A stretch of DNA of 64,000 bases, from positions 6,490-70,489 of IMG/VR virus record IMGVR_UViG_3300021602_000006; one strand, 5' to 3'. This DNA is from a virus. The notes under the pieces were generated by a model. That model did not search any database, was not told the DNA's origin, and was given only the letters and a program-made list of their open reading frames with translations. The translations under genes were made by a program, and so were the position numbers. Within the stretch, counting starts at the first letter, position 1, and each line of letters opens with the position of its first letter. Below, piece by piece: positions 26,954 through 34,516 of this stretch.

Positions 26954-27229
26954 ATGTTTAACGCAGCTTACAAAACAAACAGCGGGCTTACAGTGCAAGA
27001 CGTTGACATGGGCGTGCAGTACAGTTACAACAAACACACGATGTTGTTTATTGGCGAGCAAGAGCAAGGCGACGTTGACGTTGACGACAAGCATTACGCT
27101 GATTATGTGTTTGACAGCGCACAAGACGCAATTGTGTTGTACGATAGCAACAATGTTGCATTTGCAACTATTGCTAACACAGATACAGCTTACGAAGCGT
27201 ATGTGTTACAACTGTTACAAAGTTTGTAG
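26954..27229 (+). CDS. Small acidic protein
   Basis: Cassette promoter 26897; EQEQGDVDVDD; gene has no TC/CC. Confidence 0.8.
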   Translation: MFNAAYKTNSGLTVQDVDMGVQYSYNKHTMLFIGEQEQGDVDVDDKHYADYVFDSAQDAIVLYDSNNVAFATIANTDTAYEAYVLQLLQSL

Positions 27230-27598
27230 CATTTAAACAACAGTGTGTACTTTGTTACACACTGTTGCAATTGTAACATTTTGTTACAATTGCTTTGTCG
27301 CGTTTGCAATTAAACCCACTGCGCCGGAAAAGCGAGATACATGCATTGCTTTGTCGCGTTTGCAATTTTGGCACGCACATATTTTACCCCCGAGGCTTGC
27401 CACGTTGCTATGCAAAGTTGTGTTTAGCGTCTTCATGTATGCATTGTATTGCAGAACAACCCTACCTGTCAACTCAGTCGCGCTCGCTAAAATAATCCTA
27501 CATATAGGTTTTTCTGCGTTAGCGAGATTATGTTTTTTGCTACTTTGTTTTTTTATAAAAAGCAATGTTTAGCGAGATTATGTTTTAGTTAGTAAAGT

Positions 27599-27720
27599 CT
27601 CGCTACTGCATTTTTAATCTAAAATTAGCACTAACGCGATACAGCAAAAACTTAACCTCGCTACTGCATCTTTAATCTAAAATTAGCACTAACGCGATAC
27701 AGCAAAAACTTAACCTCGCT
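27599..27720 (+). repeat. 58-bp tandem duplication delimited by CTCGCT
   Basis: CTCGCT at 27599, 27657, 27715; one mismatch between copies. Confidence 0.9.
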
Positions 27721-27859
27721 AACACATACGCAACTAAACTTAGCACACACGATATATATTTGCATTGTTGCACAAATACAACACACGAAACATAAAAAAT
27801 GCGCTATAATACAAGCACTGCACAACATTATGCAGCAACTAGTAAAGCAAAAGTACACT

Positions 27860-28474
27860 ATGCAAAAACAACTTACATTAGCGCAAGCGCAAGCTGCAAC
27901 ACTGTTGCACGCAAACAACAACACCCTAACTGTTGCACAAGTGCAGCAGCTACTTGCTAACGCGAGCGTTACGTTTGCACAAATACTGTATGTAACAGCA
28001 GTCCAAACAGCAGCCGCGCACAAAGCACAAAACATACAAAAAGTAACTAGCGCGAACGTAATACTTTGCAGCAACATTAACGCCCATACAAGCGTATATG
28101 CTAACAAAGTAAAGCGCAGCGCGGCGAAGTACAGCAACAATAATGCAGCAGCAATAGCAGCGTTTACAGCGCAGCAAAACTACTTTGTACATACCGCAGT
28201 GTACAGCATTGTGCAACACGCACAGCACAGCGACAAGTTTTATTTGTATGCAATATACAACAACGCAAACAGCGTGTATATGCACAATAATGCTATTGTA
28301 AGCAAACAACACATTGCACAATACCTTACTGCAAGCGCAGCTAAAGCACTGTTGCAGCCTAGCGACACTGTACACAATGTTACACATAACATAACGCACA
28401 ACGTCGCAGTACGCACTATTGCATTAAGCAACATAGTAAGCGTGACAGCACGTAAGCAGCTACTAACTAAGTAG
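27860..28474 (+). CDS. Hypothetical protein lacking Gly, Glu and Trp
   Basis: Long ORF after TATAAT at 27805; start 27830 or 27860. Confidence 0.8.
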   Translation: MQKQLTLAQAQAATLLHANNNTLTVAQVQQLLANASVTFAQILYVTAVQTAAAHKAQNIQKVTSANVILCSNINAHTSVYANKVKRSAAKYSNNNAAAIAAFTAQQNYFVHTAVYSIVQHAQHSDKFYLYAIYNNANSVYMHNNAIVSKQHIAQYLTASAAKALLQPSDTVHNVTHNITHNVAVRTIALSNIVSVTARKQLLTK

Positions 28475-28729
28475 TGTAGCGTACACGCAACACTGTGCTA
28501 GTGTACAGTGTTGCGCTATAGCAACAAGCAGCGCAGCACACAGTAGCCGCGCTATGCAGTATTGGGTTTGCTATGCAGCGGGCGAGGCTGCATAACACGC
28601 ATTGTCTCGCCCGCCCATGGCAGCGCACATTTTTGCACACACGATATATTTTTGCTTTGTTGCACAAATACAACACACAGCGCAAAGTATTTGCAGTATA
28701 ATAAACACTTAGCAACAAAAAGGGGTTTT

Positions 28730-28924
28730 ATGCTTAACGCAATGCAACAACAACGCGCATGTATGCGTAATGCAATACAGCAGCTCGCGCATTACAACTG
28801 TGCAAGTGTTATGTGGGATAACGTGGAACGCATAGCGCGTGAGTGTGGGCTTGCACACACTAGCGGCCGCGTTAGCGACGACTTGCAAGAGGAACTAGTC
28901 AACGAGGCATTAAAGCAAAAGTAA
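28730..28924 (+). CDS. Hypothetical protein
   Basis: TATAAT + cassette leader + AGGGG RBS. Confidence 0.7.
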   Translation: MLNAMQQQRACMRNAIQQLAHYNCASVMWDNVERIARECGLAHTSGRVSDDLQEELVNEALKQK

Positions 28925-29060
28925 CAACGTGTAACTGTTGTAGCAGCTAATGTAAACTGTTACAACATTAACAAAGTAAAGTCTCGTTATATTTGCGCGG
29001 TCAGCACTATAAATGCGCGAGACTGTTGTTTTTTTACAACAGCGGCATGCCGCGGGACCA

Positions 29061-29240
29061 TTTTTCTATCTAATCTCTATAGGTCCCGATTTTTCTATCT
29101 AATCTCTATAGGTCCGATTTTTCTATCTAATCTCTATAGGTCCCGATTTTACTATCTATCTGACTATAGTGATGGGTTCTACTATCTAATCTCTATAGGA
29201 CCCGGGTTCTGCTACCTATCTAACCATGACCCCAGATTCT
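29061..29240 (+). repeat. ~29-bp tandem repeat (3 near-perfect + ~3 degenerate copies)
   Basis: TTTTTCTATCTAATCTCTATAGGTCCCGA at 29061, 29090, 29118. Confidence 0.9.
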
Positions 29241-29374
29241 AAACTTTGGTCGGTCTATTTTTCCATACCTTAGAAAATTTTTACAGAAATTTTTCTATGA
29301 TGCAAAGGTAGGCCCTACCTACACTACTATATGAACTCTTGAACTACTCAGCTGAAGAGTGTATACTGTACTGC

Positions 29375-29605
29375 ATGATGTCCCCGATCCTATATGGTTC
29401 AGCCAATGTACCTATAACAAAGACTTTATATAAGTTCTATGTTAGACAACGTACTGATATTACTTACTATAAGATAATGCGTGCCTGGTTGGATTCAAAT
29501 TGTACAAAGAACTGGCAATGGTACAGTTTAATCGATAGTATAGTGTTCTGGGACGAGCAGGATGCAATAGCTTTTAAACTCAAGTTTCATGAATTCATAG
29601 AATGA
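29375..29605 (+). CDS. FKLKF-family small protein 1
   Basis: WLDSN..WQW..FWDEQDAIAFKLKF; promoter TTGAAC(29339)-TATACT. Confidence 0.75.
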   Translation: MMSPILYGSANVPITKTLYKFYVRQRTDITYYKIMRAWLDSNCTKNWQWYSLIDSIVFWDEQDAIAFKLKFHEFIE

Positions 29606-29826
29606 CTTACGTAGGACTCTTCAAGAATAAAACGCGGCAGCGTTCTATCACTATGGACTGGAAGTATAGTAAAAAACTGTATGGAGAGTATGTTGAGTGG
29701 TTAAACAGTAATGCTGGGCCAGAAGGGTATGAATGGTGGTGGAAGAGAGGAGACTTGGTAGGGGAAGGTATTCACTTCAAGGATGATGCAGTGGCTATTA
29801 TGTTTAGGTTAAAGTTTGAATTATGA
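29602..29826 (+). CDS. FKLKF-family small protein 2
   Basis: WLNSN..FKDDAVAIMFRLKF; ATGA overlap. Confidence 0.8.
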   Translation: MTYVGLFKNKTRQRSITMDWKYSKKLYGEYVEWLNSNAGPEGYEWWWKRGDLVGEGIHFKDDAVAIMFRLKFEL

Positions 29827-30014
29827 GTATAGGGTGGGTTTATATAGAGGAACCCGAATATGTTCAGCCACCTTTATACTTTATATGGTATATGTGGTTA
29901 AACGATAATGTAGGTAAAGGCAACTGGCGATGGAATAATTGTCAAGGTAGAAATTTTATTACCTTCTCTAATAAGGTAGATGCAGTAGCATTTAAATTAA
30001 AGTTTGAATTATGA
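29823..30014 (+). CDS. FKLKF-family small protein 3
   Basis: WLNDNVG..DAVAFKLKF. Confidence 0.8.
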   Translation: MSIGWVYIEEPEYVQPPLYFIWYMWLNDNVGKGNWRWNNCQGRNFITFSNKVDAVAFKLKFEL

Positions 30015-30211
30015 GTTATGTTAGCTTTTCAAGTAGGCATCGGGATCAGGACGACCGACTCGATAAAGAGTTGGAAGACTGGGTAGTAGATAATGTTACC
30101 GAAATACAAATAAACTATGCTTCGTGGCGAGTAAGCGGTAAAAGAGTAATGGTAGGTGTAATGTTAGATAAAGAGCAGCAGGTATTCTTTAGGTTAAAGT
30201 TTGGAAAATAA
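30011..30211 (+). CDS. FKLKF-family small protein 4
   Basis: WVVDN..VFFRLKFG. Confidence 0.8.
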   Translation: MSYVSFSSRHRDQDDRLDKELEDWVVDNVTEIQINYASWRVSGKRVMVGVMLDKEQQVFFRLKFGK

Positions 30212-30465
30212 TGCGTAAATGGAAGTATGTAGTGCCTTACACCGATGCTATGAGAAGGTGTTGCTCGGCATCGTCTATGTCCCATGAATATCTTCGAATG
30301 CTTAAATGGTTTGCAGATCACGATTTAGAGCGTGGAGAAGATTATGAATGGTCGATGCCGATTACTATATACATAGGAAATATCGAATTTGAAGATATGC
30401 CTTTGTTTGTTTATTTTGATTATGAGGAAGATAGATTAGTTTTTAAATTAATGTTTGGTGTATGA
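30211..30465 (+). CDS. FKLKF-family small protein 5
   Basis: FDYEEDRLVFKLMFG. Confidence 0.8.
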   Translation: MRKWKYVVPYTDAMRRCCSASSMSHEYLRMLKWFADHDLERGEDYEWSMPITIYIGNIEFEDMPLFVYFDYEEDRLVFKLMFGV

Positions 30466-30548
30466 AATTTGAATTGCATGATGACCAGGTTCTATATTTT
30501 GCAAGGGAAGATGACGCTATAGCATTTAGATTAAAGTTTGGATTATAG
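30462..30548 (+). CDS. FKLKF-family minimal peptide 6 (28 aa)
   Basis: MKFELHDDQVLYFAREDDAIAFRLKFGL; ATGA overlap. Confidence 0.6.
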   Translation: MKFELHDDQVLYFAREDDAIAFRLKFGL

Positions 30549-31022
30549 ATGTATAACGTATATTACGAATTGCATAGTGACCATAAATGGGGTTGTAGGT
30601 ACTGGGTCGAAAATAATGTCAGGAATAGTGGTGGTAACGGAATTATCTACCATAACTATACTATGAATATTGCCGATAGGGCTTGGTTAGAAAGTGATTA
30701 TACTGTTAATTTGGTAAAAAATAGGCATGGCGAATCAGGAATATTGCCATCTACTATCTTGGAAGATTTTAAATATGTTAAATTGAAAGCAAGGAATCTA
30801 ACTATGATGTCTATGAGAAAATTTAGTGAGGGTATGGTATATGTTGCCTTCCCGCCTGTAGACAGAAACAATTACAGTGTGGTAGATTGTAAAATACCCG
30901 ACGGAGTCGAGGAATGGTTAACGAAGAATACTAAATGTGATTGGAGTACTATTGGTGATAGACGTACTGGAGTATTTCTGAAAGATGAGGATGCGGTTGC
31001 ATTTAAGTTAAAATGGATGTAG
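30549..31022 (+). CDS. Two-part protein with C-terminal FKLKF-family domain 7
   Basis: WLTKN..DEDAVAFKLKW. Confidence 0.8.
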   Translation: MYNVYYELHSDHKWGCRYWVENNVRNSGGNGIIYHNYTMNIADRAWLESDYTVNLVKNRHGESGILPSTILEDFKYVKLKARNLTMMSMRKFSEGMVYVAFPPVDRNNYSVVDCKIPDGVEEWLTKNTKCDWSTIGDRRTGVFLKDEDAVAFKLKWM

Positions 31023-31101
31023 TTATAAACGCATAGAACCAAGGCGAAAAATTTGCGCTTAACTGCGCTTCGCGCCAGGTACACCGGGCCTAACTCGATA
31101 T

Positions 31102-32775
31102 TTAATTTTCAGGTAGATATTCGACCATAATATTTTTAATCAAGTAAGGCGACGGGATAGCATGTTGAAATAGCATTGTGCCTCTGCTCTTTGCATTAGT
31201 TTCATTATCACTTTCGACTTCAGTAGTATAAGATTTATCTTCGCCATTTCTCACATATTCGAATATTACCTTATACTTGTTCTGCTTTATATCGGCGCGT
31301 CTTTTATCCTGTTTGTCATACTGTGAAGCTTTATGGGTATATTCGTGCCATAATAAATCACTCTGTTTTAATGTATTAAGTATTTCTTCTGGCTGAGATC
31401 TATCTAAGGCATATATCATTACAGCATATCTGCCTAACTGAGATATTTCTTCATGCTTATCCGGTCGTAAATCTCTTGACATAGCATGTTCACCAGCTTC
31501 GAATCGTTTCTTATATGTGTTTCCGTAATAGACGGCAGCTTCTCCTTGGTCTGCAATTTCGTTCAAAACATCCTTCGGTATCTGTAATCTGGCACCGTAG
31601 AATCCCTCTATTAGATAACATAGTTCACCTATACCCATGTCGTCTGAATAATAGTATTTAAGGAGAGATTCTTTTCCAAGTTTAACCATTTCTTCAGTTA
31701 ATGTATATGAGTGCCTGCGTAATTCTCTCAATGTATTGTAGTCATGAGATATAGCTATAAGAATTGCTTTTTCACTTATTTCAATGGTCCAGTTGTTATC
31801 AAGGAATTTCGAAATTACTTCCGATGCATTATTGTCACTTCTATTACACCAGGCTATCTGTACTTGTTCATTCAACAAGTCTTTATCGTCAGCTGCGCCG
31901 ACGGCAAATGCAATGTCAGCTATTTTATGAATACTAAAGTTGGCGCATCTTAATAGTACTTCAGTAGTTACATAACCTTCATGTATCATACTGGTTATTT
32001 TATTAATGTTGCTTAATTGTATTTCTTCTGCTATTTCTTGAGGATCTATGTCTCCGACCATTTTAACAATTTCATCATCGTCATTATATAAGTTAGACGG
32101 AACAACAAATATACCTGCTAATTTCTTAGATGAATTTATTTTGTCAGCCCAATTATTTACTGTCTGTGCAAACCAGGGAGGAGGATTACCGTATACTGTA
32201 TTACTTACACCTAATGCTACGTCACCACTATTTTTATTAATGAAGGGTTTTATTAATACTCGCGCTACGGGTTTACTGATATTATTGTCGCCGGGACCGA
32301 CAAGGTATGCTATAATTGTGCCTTCTTTAACATCTGCTGCTATATACTTTTTATTGGAACCAGTTTCGAGATTCATGCACGACGACCAGCCTCGATCGGT
32401 ACTCATACCTGCAACATCATACGGGTGGCGACTTATAATAATTTTAGATTTATTGCTAAGATTAGAGCCGGCCCTAGCAGGATCATTGGTAAAACGCTTT
32501 ATTATATTTGGATCAGTCAGAATTTTACCTATTCGTATTTGTCTATTATCTTTCTTTGCCAATCCTGCTTTGTAATCTGATATTTCGTAGCCAGCAGCTT
32601 TTATAGCTCTTTCGACATACGGATCTGGTTGGGCAGATGTATTATCTTCCGGAGTAGGTAATTCTATACGATACTTTCCATCAAAGATATCGTTATACTT
32701 AGACTTATCCCATCCTTTCACATATTTTCTATATTGACTAGGTTTGAGTGCTTCGACTAATTCTTGTATTCTCAT
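31102..32775 (-). CDS. Late-expressed protein, possible internal head/ejected protein
   Basis: GATAAATA just upstream; N-terminus MRIQELVEA; ISRHPYDVAGMSTDRGWSSCM motif. Confidence 0.7.
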   Translation of the reverse strand: MRIQELVEALKPSQYRKYVKGWDKSKYNDIFDGKYRIELPTPEDNTSAQPDPYVERAIKAAGYEISDYKAGLAKKDNRQIRIGKILTDPNIIKRFTNDPARAGSNLSNKSKIIISRHPYDVAGMSTDRGWSSCMNLETGSNKKYIAADVKEGTIIAYLVGPGDNNISKPVARVLIKPFINKNSGDVALGVSNTVYGNPPPWFAQTVNNWADKINSSKKLAGIFVVPSNLYNDDDEIVKMVGDIDPQEIAEEIQLSNINKITSMIHEGYVTTEVLLRCANFSIHKIADIAFAVGAADDKDLLNEQVQIAWCNRSDNNASEVISKFLDNNWTIEISEKAILIAISHDYNTLRELRRHSYTLTEEMVKLGKESLLKYYYSDDMGIGELCYLIEGFYGARLQIPKDVLNEIADQGEAAVYYGNTYKKRFEAGEHAMSRDLRPDKHEEISQLGRYAVMIYALDRSQPEEILNTLKQSDLLWHEYTHKASQYDKQDKRRADIKQNKYKVIFEYVRNGEDKSYTTEVESDNETNAKSRGTMLFQHAIPSPYLIKNIMVEYLPEN

Positions 32776-32862
32776 CGACTATTTATCGTACAATACCTAT
32801 TGACATTCTTTATTAAATACTGTACAATATTTAAATGATTTATGTAGATCAAATCTCGAAAT

Positions 32863-33084
32863 ATGGTAATTGTTAAATTCAGTCTATTTAAAGAGTGGAA
32901 GCCGTATGATTTATTCATGTCATTGGAATTTTTTGATAAGGTTACAGTTTTTTGTAAAGATAAATTTGATATGGTTGTATTAGATAACTTGATGGATAAT
33001 TATAGGGATGGAATATGTCCTGATCATATTGAGTTTGAAGATGAGGCAGACGCAATTATATTCATATTAGGATTTTGGGGATGA
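32863..33084 (+). CDS. FKLKF-family small protein 8
   Basis: FEDEADAIIFILGF; promoter TTGACA(32800)-TACAAT. Confidence 0.75.
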   Translation: MVIVKFSLFKEWKPYDLFMSLEFFDKVTVFCKDKFDMVVLDNLMDNYRDGICPDHIEFEDEADAIIFILGFWG

Positions 33085-33305
33085 TTAGATTTGATATCGA
33101 GTGGGACATTCATGGTGCAGAAAAATGGTGTTCGAAAAATATAGGTGAACGAACTTATTGGATACATAATAAGATAGGCGGGCATGGCTGGGAGATAAGG
33201 GAGAATAAAGAAGGATTAGGAAAACCTGATCGTGGGCCAAGATTCTTTATTATATTTCAAGATGAAGCCGATGCTATTGTATATAGACTAGCGTATGGTA
33301 AATAA
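33081..33305 (+). CDS. FKLKF-family small protein 9
   Basis: WCSKNIG..FQDEADAIVYRLAYG. Confidence 0.75.
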   Translation: MIRFDIEWDIHGAEKWCSKNIGERTYWIHNKIGGHGWEIRENKEGLGKPDRGPRFFIIFQDEADAIVYRLAYGK

Positions 33306-33516
33306 TTGGATGTCAGATGAATACTTTATTTCATGTAATGAAGGTGGTGTATTTTTCGAACATCACGACAATAAATACCGAATATGGTTAAACAAGAATA
33401 TAGGCAGACAAAATTGGCAGTTCTATGGAGCGGGTAGTACACATCCTCTTACACTACGCTTCGAGACAAGAGAAGATGCATTAGCATTTAAACTATACTT
33501 CAATTTAAATAACTAA
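33295..33516 (+). CDS. FKLKF-family small protein 10
   Basis: WLNKNIG..FETREDALAFKLYF. Confidence 0.75.
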   Translation: MVNNWMSDEYFISCNEGGVFFEHHDNKYRIWLNKNIGRQNWQFYGAGSTHPLTLRFETREDALAFKLYFNLNN

Positions 33517-33522
33517 AGGAAA

Positions 33523-33687
33523 ATGATGTTAATAAAAAGCGATGTAGAACGCATCATAGAAAATGTTCTAAGGAATCTCAGTATAGAAGTAGTTTCGGCA
33601 GAAGTGCGCGATCCTAATATTCAGACTATCATATTGAAGTTAGAAGATAAGGAAATTTCTCGTACATATATTGATGTGAGTTCTTAA
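33523..33687 (+). CDS. Hypothetical protein (54 aa)
   Basis: AAGGA RBS; fills gap. Confidence 0.65.
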   Translation: MMLIKSDVERIIENVLRNLSIEVVSAEVRDPNIQTIILKLEDKEISRTYIDVSS

Positions 33688-33688
33688 G

Positions 33689-33880
33689 ATGTTTGAATTA
33701 TTAGCATTTATTTTCGTAGTCTTTGTTATGTTCATTCCTGCAATTGTCGCAAGGCAGAGACACTTGGTACGCAGGAAAGCGTGCTTCTGGCTTAACTTAT
33801 TATTGGGTTGGACGGTCATTATATGGCTTCCTTTATTGGTGTGGGCATTGCTAACCAATAGCGTGGAAAAAGAAGTATGA
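33689..33880 (+). CDS. imm: Superinfection immunity protein (T4 Imm-like)
   Basis: FIPAIVA..RH..LNLLLGWTVIIW..LVWA. Confidence 0.8.
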   Translation: MFELLAFIFVVFVMFIPAIVARQRHLVRRKACFWLNLLLGWTVIIWLPLLVWALLTNSVEKEV

Positions 33881-34143
33881 GCGACGCAGAAAAAAGAAAC
33901 ATAGAACAACTAAAGACGTTGCCTATCTCTGAACTTATCAAGTATAGGAGTGCAGCAACAAATACGAAAATAGGAATTAACGTTGTCGGTATTTTCTTTT
34001 TTCTTATTATATTCATATTTTCAGGAAACCTTTTTCTTTCAATACCACTAATATTAGTAATATCTCTGTTAGCTAATATAGGCGTAGGTATAGATAATTT
34101 TCTGGTCGAAATTAAAAAGAATCTCCTAACTAAAATTGGCTGA
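33877..34143 (+). CDS. Membrane protein
   Basis: Two TM segments. Confidence 0.65.
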   Translation: MSDAEKRNIEQLKTLPISELIKYRSAATNTKIGINVVGIFFFLIIFIFSGNLFLSIPLILVISLLANIGVGIDNFLVEIKKNLLTKIG

Positions 34144-34153
34144 TAAATAATAG

Positions 34154-34516
34154 ATGCAATACCCTTATCCAAATTTAGCAGTATCAACAAATCAAAATAC
34201 CATAGCGTTAAATGCTAATGTGGCAGCAGTTGTTAATGCTATCAACTACAAAACAATTATTCCGTATGGCGATTATGGCGGCCCTACTGTATATTATTTC
34301 CAAGTAATAAACAACGGGTTAGGTAATATAATCTATACGATGTTTGATAAAGATACAACACTCGGGCTTGCAAGTTTTATGGTAAGGTATGGTGCAGCTA
34401 CTACAATTAGAGATGTCATTCTAATGCCTTTCCCAAGATCGCAAATAGATTTACAACACTTAATACTACCTTATATTCCTATCCAAACTTTGGAAAATGG
34501 AACTGTAACACCTTAA
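34154..34516 (+). CDS. Hypothetical late protein
   Basis: GATAAATA at 34142 directly upstream. Confidence 0.7.
   Translation: MQYPYPNLAVSTNQNTIALNANVAAVVNAINYKTIIPYGDYGGPTVYYFQVINNGLGNIIYTMFDKDTTLGLASFMVRYGAATTIRDVILMPFPRSQIDLQHLILPYIPIQTLENGTVTP

Larger units (their letters stand above)
1637..28725 (+). promoter_or_regulatory. Dispersed family of ~45 sigma70 promoter/leader/RBS cassettes
   Basis: -35 starts at 1637,1844,2217,2874,3889,4421,4755,5289,6145,6831,7188,7708,8795,9272,9699,12271,12703,13000,13935,14302,14657,15096,15435,15688,16308,17206,17654,18115,18447,18705,19264,20959,21258,21548,21788,22462,22860,24333,24563,24952,25168,25670,26022,26647,26897; mostly 17-bp spacer, TATAAT, usually followed by A(C/A)ACACAT(C/A)GCAACAA(A)GGA. 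Confidence 0.95.

Noticed and set aside
24345-28718. Numerous - strand and alternative-frame ORFs rich in Cys/Leu/Val (e.g. 24478-24957, 26558-27124, 27661-28140, 27950-28399)
   Set aside because: Shadows of the biased composition: loss of TCA removes - strand TGA stops. They lack promoters/RBS, whereas the + strand genes have cassettes.
24300-29050. Simple deaminase/UV hypermutation scar as the cause of YC loss
   Set aside because: ORFs and promoters stay intact, C remains abundant in AC/GC, and the proteins are Gln/Ala/His-rich rather than Lys-rich. This fits selection better than C>T decay, though it is not formally excluded.
29061-29240. 29-bp repeats as CRISPR
   Set aside because: Head-to-tail with no unique spacers.
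2192-29339. Extended N-termini in the ORF track (2192, 2874, 7205, 12174, 14657, 20976, 21258, 25645, 29339 etc.)
   Set aside because: They start inside or upstream of promoter cassettes (translated as ..YNKHIATK..); the downstream RBS-linked starts were used instead.
29375-33516. Diversity-generating retroelement behind the FKLKF array
   Set aside because: No reverse transcriptase or near-identical template/variable repeat pair with adenine-specific differences in the window.
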